A DNA stretch of 7,478 nucleotides from Nitrososphaerota archaeon (GTDB lineage: Archaea; Thermoproteota; Nitrososphaeria; Nitrososphaerales; UBA57). How positions within the stretch are numbered: the first letter of the stretch is position 1; each line of letters starts with the position of its first letter. The position numbers and the translations under genes are program-made. The stretch covers positions 1 to 7,478 of the forward strand of contig JACAFS010000045.1 of the NCBI GenBank assembly GCA_013378385.1, read 5' to 3'. Below are positions 1 to 5,618 of the stretch, piece by piece. The notes under the pieces are model-generated. The model was not told the origin of the DNA and did not search any database. It worked only from the letters and a program-made list of their open reading frames with translations.

Positions 1-96
1 GACAAATGGGTTGAAATCATTGATGGCGTAGTCGAGAAGAACGGCTCATGGGAAACCAGAAAGAATTACTCACCAATCTTATTTGAGGAAGCGTAA
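1..96 (+). CDS. 3' end of an upstream gene (partial; product unknown)
   Basis: Frame 1 is open from the window edge to TAA at 94-96. My hand translation is DKWVEIIDGVVEKNGSWETRKNYSPILFEEA*. The stop overlaps the next start as TAATG, the same coupling style seen elsewhere in the cluster. Composition matches the GC-richer downstream gene. This ORF is not in the supplied track because it lacks a start in the window, and I recognise no family. Confidence 0.45.
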   Translation, partial: DKWVEIIDGVVEKNGSWETRKNYSPILFEEA

Positions 97-1355
97 TGAA
101 AAAAACAGTATTATTAATAGGTCCAGTAACTCGCAGAGCAGGATACGGAGAGCAAGCAAGGTTCGCCCTTCGCTCCATGCGAGCACACGAAGACAGGTTC
201 AACATCCTAATCCAAGACATCCCGTGGGGCAAGTCTGGACAAGTATCTGAGGACAACGAAGAACAAAGATACATCAGAGAAACTATTGCAAAAACACAGC
301 ACCACATACAAAATAAACTACCAGTAGACATAACTCTCCAAGTCACTATCCCAAACGAGTTCAAGAAACTCGCACCAGTGAATATTGGCTACACAGCAGG
401 TATCGAGACAACCAGAGTCGCACCTCAATGGATTCAGCAAGCGGAATTGATGGACAAAATCATCCTTGTCTCCAACCACTCAAAGAATGTCTATGAGAAA
501 ACATCATATGAAGGAACTAATAACCAAACAGGAGAGAAGGTTATTATTCAGACGCAGGTTCCAATGGAAGTTGTAAACTATCCAGTTCGAAGCCTTGAGG
601 TTGATGACTTGGGACTTGAACTCAAACACGACTTCAACTTCCTCACTATCGCCCAACTTGGACCAAGAAAGAATCTCGCCAACACTGTCAAGTGGTTCCT
701 CGAAGAGTTCCACGACGACGAAGTTGGACTAGTAGTAAAAACTAATATGATGAACTGTAGCACTGCCGACGGACAATACTGCCTACAGACTATGAAAGAA
801 ATGACAAAGCAGTTCCCAGACAGAAAATGCAGTGTCCATCTACTTCACGGAGACTTGTCTCTCGAACAAATGAATTCACTCTACACTCATCCAAAAATGA
901 AGGGTTTCGTCACTCTCACTCACGGCGAAGGATATGGACTCCCCATCTTCGAAGCAGCATACCACGGCTTGCCCGTAGTTGCCCCTGGTTGGAGCGGACA
1001 AAATGACTTCCTCTATGCCCCCGTCAAAAGCGGAAAACAAAAGAAAGCGAAGCTACGCCCCCTATTTGCAAAAGTTGACTACACCATAGGACAAGTTCCA
1101 CGACAGGCAGTTTGGGAGGGAGTAATCCAACAAGACGCTGGATGGTGCTACCCAACTGAAGACGGAGCAAAGACGACAATGAGAGATGTCTATGAAAATC
1201 ACTCAAAGTATGTTGGAATGTCTCGTAAACTTGAGAAGCATATATTGAAGAACTTTACTGAAGAGCAAATGACAACTAAGTTCGCCAACGCGGTTTATGA
1301 ACCAGATCCAGAATATATAGAGTGGATGAGACAATTGGACGAGATTAATGACTGA
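96..1355 (+). CDS. Glycosyltransferase, GT-B fold, family 4 / group 1 type
   Basis: 419-aa ORF with SD-like GAGGAAG at 84-90. The C-terminal half carries the Glycos_transf_1 signature ...FVTLTHGEGYGLPIFEAAYHGLPVVAPGWSGQNDF..., which is the E-x7-E nucleotide-sugar binding motif (EGYGLPIFE). It is preceded by ...NFLTIAQLGPRKNLANTVKWF..., typical of the start of the second Rossmann-like domain. The N-terminus LLIGPVTRRAGYGEQARFALRSM fits a GT4 N-terminal loop plus helix. Donor and acceptor cannot be read from the sequence. Confidence 0.8.
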   Translation: MKKTVLLIGPVTRRAGYGEQARFALRSMRAHEDRFNILIQDIPWGKSGQVSEDNEEQRYIRETIAKTQHHIQNKLPVDITLQVTIPNEFKKLAPVNIGYTAGIETTRVAPQWIQQAELMDKIILVSNHSKNVYEKTSYEGTNNQTGEKVIIQTQVPMEVVNYPVRSLEVDDLGLELKHDFNFLTIAQLGPRKNLANTVKWFLEEFHDDEVGLVVKTNMMNCSTADGQYCLQTMKEMTKQFPDRKCSVHLLHGDLSLEQMNSLYTHPKMKGFVTLTHGEGYGLPIFEAAYHGLPVVAPGWSGQNDFLYAPVKSGKQKKAKLRPLFAKVDYTIGQVPRQAVWEGVIQQDAGWCYPTEDGAKTTMRDVYENHSKYVGMSRKLEKHILKNFTEEQMTTKFANAVYEPDPEYIEWMRQLDEIND

Positions 1356-2199
1356 CGACATAATAATGGTAATGGATTTTTATTTCTCGGAAATAAAGGG
1401 AGGCGCGGAATTAAATGCCGAAACTCTTATTGACAGGTTTTCAGATGCAGGGTATAATATAAAAAAAGTTAAGTCAGCATCGTTGACTGTTGATTTTTTG
1501 AAACAAAACGTAGACAAAAAGTTTATATTCTCAAATTTTATTTTTGTAAGTAAGGATTGTAGGGAATACGCTATAAAAAACTTGCAATACGCCATATACG
1601 AACAAGATCATAAATATCTTAAAACTAGGAATCCTATTCAATATGTTGACTTTATCGCCCCAAAGGATCAGTTGGCAAATATTGAATTCTATAAAAATGC
1701 AGTAGTAGTGTTCTTTTTAACCAAGTTGGCTACAGATGTATTTGTTGCGAATACGAGATTACAAAATGTGTGTAATTTAAAATCCTCTGTGTGGAGAAAA
1801 GAAGAACTGGACTTCATGAAGACGATATGTGATACCGAAAAAATAAAAGAAAATGCAGTTCTTGATTCGAGCAACCCTATTAAAAAAAGAGGAAAGTGCA
1901 TTAGTTATTGTGAAAGAAATAATTTGGAATATGAATTAATAAAAGATGACGATTTTAAAACTTTCTTAAAAAAGATGTCTTCTTTTAAGAGACTTATTTT
2001 CTTCACAGGGCATTTAGAAACTTGTGCCAGAATTTTAGTGGAAGCTAAGATGCTAAACTTGGAAGTAACGTATCAAAAGAGGCTCATTGGAGCAGCTTCA
2101 GAAGAATGGTTTAGTCTATCTGGCATTGACATGATTGATAAGATGGAAGAGATAAGCTCACATATGCCCGATAAGGTTTTGGAGTATTTCAATGATTAA
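1348..2199 (+). CDS. Hypothetical protein; possible short, divergent GT-B (GT4-like) glycosyltransferase
   Basis: 283-aa ORF whose start overlaps the upstream stop (ATGACTGA). N-terminal ...FYFSEIKGGAELNAETLIDRFSDAGYNIKKV... resembles the GT4 G-G-x-E loop followed by a helix and strand. C-terminal ...RLIFFTGHLETCARILVEAKMLNLEV... resembles the E-x7-E region. It is short for a GT4. Alternative in-frame ATGs lie at 1366 and 1372. I am confident it is a real gene (length, coupling, no competing ORF), but the functional call is weak. Confidence 0.45.
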   Translation: MTDDIIMVMDFYFSEIKGGAELNAETLIDRFSDAGYNIKKVKSASLTVDFLKQNVDKKFIFSNFIFVSKDCREYAIKNLQYAIYEQDHKYLKTRNPIQYVDFIAPKDQLANIEFYKNAVVVFFLTKLATDVFVANTRLQNVCNLKSSVWRKEELDFMKTICDTEKIKENAVLDSSNPIKKRGKCISYCERNNLEYELIKDDDFKTFLKKMSSFKRLIFFTGHLETCARILVEAKMLNLEVTYQKRLIGAASEEWFSLSGIDMIDKMEEISSHMPDKVLEYFND

Positions 2200-3049
2200 G
2201 TGGAAAGACATACCTGTTAAGAGTAGAAAAGAAGTTTATAAAGAAATATCTCGCGACAAATCGCTTTTAATGAAGACGGCTATGTTCAAGGACATGTATA
2301 AAGGATTGGAATGTGTTGTCTTGAGTTGTGGCGTGAGCACCGCAGAGTTTCCAAAGGAAAAAATAGAGGAATTTTGTAAAGATAAACCAGTTTTTACAGT
2401 AAAGACTGCAACGACGAAATATTCAAATATATCAGATGTATGCATCACTAACTTATATGCAACTTGCGATTTCCCAAAAGAGAGGGATTATCTTATATTC
2501 GCAAGGCAAGAAATGCCATTAGGATACGACAATTGGATAAATCCAGATTTAGTAGATACGGAAACTCTCACGCAGATGTTTTCCAATGAGCCAAATATTC
2601 TGTGGGGATCTGACATATCTGCAAGACATTCTAACTCTGTCGTAAACGCTGATAGGTGGGATGAGAACTCTTTACAAAAAAATCCCTTTAATAGAATCAT
2701 AGGACCTGGTATAATGAATGACATGGTAGTTCCTATATTAGTTCATTGCGGAATTAGCAAAGTCAGTATCTTAGGATGGGATGGAGCTAATATTCAGAAT
2801 GACGGAAGTATCAAACATTTCTACGATGTAGAAACAGAATACAAGCCAGATATAAACTATGTTTCAAGTAAGTTCAATTTAAACAATCTAAAATCAGATA
2901 CCAATGAATGCGAGCAGCAAATAGCTAAGAAGGGCGAATTGTCGGTAATGCGTTACCTTAAAAGTAAAAATATAGAAATAGAGATTTTGACAAAGAATAG
3001 CAATATAAATGATAATATTAATAGGAACTACGTTCTTTATGGAGAATAG
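2192..3049 (+). CDS. Hypothetical protein; candidate DUF115/Maf-like or GT42-like nonulosonic-acid transferase
   Basis: 285-aa ORF with an ATGATTAA overlap with the upstream stop and GGAG about 8 nt upstream. Two motif blocks sit in the order and spacing seen in DUF115 (MptE/Maf) proteins and in CstII-type sialyltransferases. The first is an early strand-loop, GLECVVLSCGVSTAEFPKEKIEEF (compare xxIAGNGPSLxxI), followed by KPVFTVKTAT...SDVCITN. The second is a late block, IIGPGIMNDMVVPILVHCGISKVSILGWDGANI (compare small-residue loop, helix, LGxxxIxLxGxD). The C-terminus is Asn-rich and low in complexity. The gene sits directly upstream of a NeuB synthase and a cytidylyltransferase. The family assignment is by eye only. 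Confidence 0.4.
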   Translation: MIKWKDIPVKSRKEVYKEISRDKSLLMKTAMFKDMYKGLECVVLSCGVSTAEFPKEKIEEFCKDKPVFTVKTATTKYSNISDVCITNLYATCDFPKERDYLIFARQEMPLGYDNWINPDLVDTETLTQMFSNEPNILWGSDISARHSNSVVNADRWDENSLQKNPFNRIIGPGIMNDMVVPILVHCGISKVSILGWDGANIQNDGSIKHFYDVETEYKPDINYVSSKFNLNNLKSDTNECEQQIAKKGELSVMRYLKSKNIEIEILTKNSNINDNINRNYVLYGE

Positions 3050-3883
3050 GTGAAAAAGACATACATAATTGCAGAAATCGGAATAAACCACAACGGATGT
3101 TTAGAAACAGCTAAGAGGCTTATAGACGTAGCAGCAGTCTCAGGCTGCGATGCCGTTAAGTTTCAGAAGAGAAATCCAGACATTTGCGTCCCAGAACACC
3201 AGAAAGGTGTGATACGAGATACTCCGTGGGGCAAGATGACTTATCTCGAATACAAACATCGTGTAGAGTTCGGAAAGAAAGAATACGATGAAATAGACGC
3301 ATACTGTAAGCTCAGAGGCATTGCATGGTCTGCCTCTCCTTGGGATGTTGATAGTCTTAAGTTTCTAATGAAATATGATATTCCATTTATTAAAGTACCG
3401 TCAGCAATGATAACTAATAAAACTCTCATGTCAGCGGTAGCACAGACTGGTAAAAAGGTTATTTTCTCCGTCGGCATGAGCAATCTCAAAGAAATTGACA
3501 TCGCTGTCCAGCAAATGAGAGATAAAAAAGTAGACTTCAGTTTACTTCATTGTAATTCCACTTACCCAGCGCCTCTCTCCGAATTAAACCTGTCTTGTAT
3601 AGGAACTTTGAAGGAGCGCTATGGATGTGAAGTGGGATATAGTGGACATGAGTTTAGGCTCGGAACATCTGTGGCAGCAATATATCTCGGAGCCACTATA
3701 ATAGAAAGACATATAACTCTTGACAGAACTATGTGGGGTACGGATCAATTATCGTCAGTAGAACCTCAAGGATTGATTAAGTTGGTAAAAGGAATCAGAG
3801 AACTGGAACTTGCATATGGCGACGGAGTTAAAAGAGTAACAGAGAGTGAATTAGGTCCTAGAAAGAAACTAAGGGGATACTAA
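3050..3883 (+). CDS. neuB: NeuB-family nonulosonic/sialic acid synthase, catalytic TIM-barrel domain only (no SAF domain)
   Basis: 277 aa. The GTG start at 3050 is forced. An in-frame TAG sits at 3047-3049, the conserved strand YIIAEIGINHNG begins at codon 5, and the first internal Met is residue 62. GGAG lies at 3041-3044. NeuB motifs are present in order: IIAEIGINHNG, CDAVKFQK, FIKVPS, KVIFSVGMS, LLHCNSTYPAP, VGYSGHE, IIERHITLD. The protein ends ...DGVKRVTESELGPRKKLRGY*, in the linker where the SAF domain normally starts. The symbol is family level only; neuB, pseI and legI orthology is undetermined. Confidence 0.8.
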   Translation: MKKTYIIAEIGINHNGCLETAKRLIDVAAVSGCDAVKFQKRNPDICVPEHQKGVIRDTPWGKMTYLEYKHRVEFGKKEYDEIDAYCKLRGIAWSASPWDVDSLKFLMKYDIPFIKVPSAMITNKTLMSAVAQTGKKVIFSVGMSNLKEIDIAVQQMRDKKVDFSLLHCNSTYPAPLSELNLSCIGTLKERYGCEVGYSGHEFRLGTSVAAIYLGATIIERHITLDRTMWGTDQLSSVEPQGLIKLVKGIRELELAYGDGVKRVTESELGPRKKLRGY

Positions 3884-4566
3884 TGAAAGCTCCAGAAGAA
3901 GTAGCAGTTTTAATCCAAGCTAGATTATCCAGTCAGCGATGTCCAAGAAAGATGATACGTCAATTCGCAGATACAACATTGATGGATCTCTGCATTCAAA
4001 AATTAGTAGAATCTAATATTCCAAACGAGAATATATGGATTTCAGTGCATGAACCAGAACTGGTTGAATTGGTAAAGAAATATCCAGTTAATCTATTTCA
4101 TCGATCAGAGAAATCAGCAATGTCTGAGGGCACCCCTTTGACTGAAATTTATGATTGGTGGGATAAACTACCTCACAAGTACGTGGTATTAGTTAATGCC
4201 TGTGCGCCTTTTCTTAAAACTGAGACAATTGAGAGATTCTTTAGTGATTATTGTTCAACTGAAAATAATGGCATGTTTGGCGTAGTTTCAAAGAAAAACT
4301 ATTTTTGGTCTCATGACGGAGAATTCTTAACCCCTATGAATGAGGTAATAATGAATACTAAAACCGCCAATCCTGTTATGGAGGCTGCACACTGCTTGTA
4401 CGCTAGTTCGCAGGCTTCAATTGGTCAAGGAATATGGATGGGTAGATTTAATGTACCAGGAGAAATTAAACTATGGCATATGGCTGAAGAAGAAATATTC
4501 GACATTGACTATGAGTGGGAATTCAAAATGTATGAAGCGCTATATAAAAGTTTAAATAACACTTGA
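3883..4566 (+). CDS. Cytidylyltransferase-family protein (CTP_transf_3; candidate CMP-nonulosonate synthetase), divergent
   Basis: 227 aa with a TAATG overlap with the upstream stop and AGGGG about 8 nt upstream. N-terminal VAVLIQARLSSQRCPRKMI matches the (I/V)xAR-x2-S-x-R-x-P-x-K phosphate-binding loop of the NeuA/KdsB/PseF family. YVVLVNACAPFL sits where the family has the (Q)xT(S)P or QGDEP block. The C-terminal IFDIDYEWEFKMYEALYK matches the common xDIDtxeDfxxaexl ending. The context next to a NeuB gene fits this call. Confidence 0.6.
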   Translation: MKAPEEVAVLIQARLSSQRCPRKMIRQFADTTLMDLCIQKLVESNIPNENIWISVHEPELVELVKKYPVNLFHRSEKSAMSEGTPLTEIYDWWDKLPHKYVVLVNACAPFLKTETIERFFSDYCSTENNGMFGVVSKKNYFWSHDGEFLTPMNEVIMNTKTANPVMEAAHCLYASSQASIGQGIWMGRFNVPGEIKLWHMAEEEIFDIDYEWEFKMYEALYKSLNNT

Positions 4567-4591
4567 TAAGCGATAAAAATCGTGTTATTAT
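4563..4591 (+). promoter_or_regulatory. Candidate sigma70-type promoter with extended -10, driving the downstream gene block
   Basis: This lies in the only intergenic gap of the window. TTGATA at 4563-4568 is the -35 (5/6 to TTGACA) and overlaps the TGA stop at 4564-4566. After a 17-nt spacer comes TGtTATTAT at 4583-4591, i.e. an extended -10 TG plus TATTAT (5/6 to TATAAT). The downstream SD GGAG at 4615-4618 sits 7 nt before ATG 4626. An alternative AT-rich element, TATAAAAA, lies at 4598-4605. Confidence 0.4.
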
Positions 4592-4625
4592 ATTGTATAT
4601 AAAAACTGGATGACGGAGCGGACTC

Positions 4626-5618
4626 ATGAATAGCTTTATAAGTGGAAGAAAATTCTTTATTACTGGCGGAACTGGGACACTGGGCAAAGCCTTGGTAAAA
4701 AGAATCCTTCATAACGATGGGCAAGTAGTTGTCTACAGTAGAGATGAAGGAAAACAAGCACTTAACTTCGGACAGAATAAAGACGTCAAGTGTATTATTG
4801 GAGACGTTAGGGATTATAGTAAGTTATCCGTCTCTATATTTCGCGAAAAGCCCGACATTGTAATACACACGGCAGCGCTGAAAAGAATTGATGACATGGA
4901 GATACACCCAGACGAGTGTATAAAAACAAACATAACTGGCTCCGAAAATGTTGCAAGAGCTTGTCTCGAAAATCATATTGATAAGTGCATTCTTATATCA
5001 ACAGATAAAGCCTGTCAACCCGTGAATGTTTATGGATCTTCAAAGTTCATTGCTGAAAGGCTCTTTACAAATTATGACTATAATAGTAATCATACAATAT
5101 TCTCATCAGTAAGGTATGGTAATGTCATATGTAGTAGAGGCTCATTTATCCCTTTATGGCTAGGAATGTTGAATGAAGGGAAAAACATTAGTGTCACATC
5201 GTTGGAAATGACTAGATTCTTGTTTACTATTGAAGATGCAGTGGATACTGTTTTAGGTTCAGTGTATCATTCTGAGGGAGGAGAAGTATTCATTCCTCAA
5301 ATCAAATCTTTCGATATGAGTACAATTATAAGCGCCATCGGAACCATAACTGCACAAGATGTTGGTTATGATTTAATTGGATTGAGACCTGGCGAGAAGT
5401 TGCATGAAGACATGTTGGCTGAAACTGAACTACCTTTTACATTCAAGGTGCCAGATATAAATTTGCTCTGTGTCCGCCCTCAGTATACCGAGAGGAAGCA
5501 CAACACTGAGTGGGAGAAATATAATGGTGAGCATTTCAATTCCGCATTGCACGTTTCAAATGAAGTCAACCAATTGATAAAGCTTATCAAAAAAGGAAGT
5601 ATAGAAAGTGGTTCTTGA
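4626..5618 (+). CDS. pseB: UDP-N-acetylglucosamine 4,6-dehydratase, PseB/FlaA1-type (Polysacc_synt_2 short-form SDR)
   Basis: 330 aa. Near-continuous motif agreement with PseB/FlaA1 as I recall it: FFITGGTGTLGK, VYSRDEGKQ, IIGDVRD, IHTAALKRI, DECIKTNITGSENVARAC, LISTDKACQPVNVYGSSK (TDK plus YxxxK retained), VRYGNVICSRGSFIPLW, MTRFLFT, GGEVFIPQIKS, GLRPGEKLHEDM. The symbol reflects family resemblance. The true pathway role is uncertain because the adjacent gene is a reductase. Confidence 0.85.
   Translation: MNSFISGRKFFITGGTGTLGKALVKRILHNDGQVVVYSRDEGKQALNFGQNKDVKCIIGDVRDYSKLSVSIFREKPDIVIHTAALKRIDDMEIHPDECIKTNITGSENVARACLENHIDKCILISTDKACQPVNVYGSSKFIAERLFTNYDYNSNHTIFSSVRYGNVICSRGSFIPLWLGMLNEGKNISVTSLEMTRFLFTIEDAVDTVLGSVYHSEGGEVFIPQIKSFDMSTIISAIGTITAQDVGYDLIGLRPGEKLHEDMLAETELPFTFKVPDINLLCVRPQYTERKHNTEWEKYNGEHFNSALHVSNEVNQLIKLIKKGSIESGS

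Noticed and set aside
17-364. A 115-aa minus-strand ORF, plus the other 60-86-aa minus-strand ORFs in the track (504-713, 578-763, 1024-1206, 1380-1595, 1689-1901, 2236-2448, 2488-2724, 2894-3091, 3241-3501, 4509-4757, 6282-6494).
   Set aside because: All lie antisense to long + strand ORFs that carry strong family motifs. Their translations are low-complexity or Cys/Leu/Ser/Phe-rich, as expected from reading AT-rich coding DNA backwards. None has a recognisable motif or a convincing SD site.
1461-1467. Homopolymer tracts as possible phase-variation switches: A7 at 99-105, 1461-1467, 1882-1888 and 2676-2682, and T7 at 5673-5679. Contingency tracts are common in flagellar-glycosylation loci.
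   Set aside because: Seven-base A or T runs encoding Lys-Lys or Phe-Phe are expected by chance in coding sequence this AT-rich. They are shorter than typical contingency tracts, and all are currently in frame.
3047-3052. The 2192-3049 and 3050-3883 ORFs are in the same reading frame, separated only by a single TAG. Amber read-through or recoding would fuse the putative transferase to the NeuB synthase.
   Set aside because: Sharing a frame has a 1-in-3 chance. A GGAG SD sits 5 nt upstream of the GTG, and the NeuB N-terminus starts exactly where free-standing NeuB proteins start. TAA, TGA and TAG all appear as terminators in the window, and there is no other in-frame TAG to suggest recoding. 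It is only worth re-checking if the replicon shows genome-wide TAG reassignment.
3050-3883. The SAF-less NeuB might be a truncated pseudogene.
   Set aside because: The catalytic motifs are intact, the reading frame is clean, and the stop is fused to the next gene's ATG (TAATG). No SAF-like remnant follows in any frame, because the cytidylyltransferase gene begins at once.
4570-4583. A small inverted repeat (GCGAT-AAAA-ATCGT) just after the cytidylyltransferase stop, considered as a Rho-independent terminator.
   Set aside because: The stem is only 4-5 bp including a G·U pair and is AT-rich. There is no proper downstream U-tract. It also lies inside the spacer of the putative promoter. That is too weak to call.
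4626-5618. The dehydratase might be a CapE/FnlA/WbjB-type enzyme of the L-FucNAc/L-RhaNAc route, which would make the dehydratase-reductase pair fully canonical.
   Set aside because: Not fully excluded. The protein retains the Tyr of YxxxK (NVYGSSK), whereas I recall the CapE-type subclass substituting Met. Overall motif agreement is with PseB/FlaA1. The adjacent reductase also lacks the larger two-domain CapF/FnlB-like layout. A phylogeny is needed.
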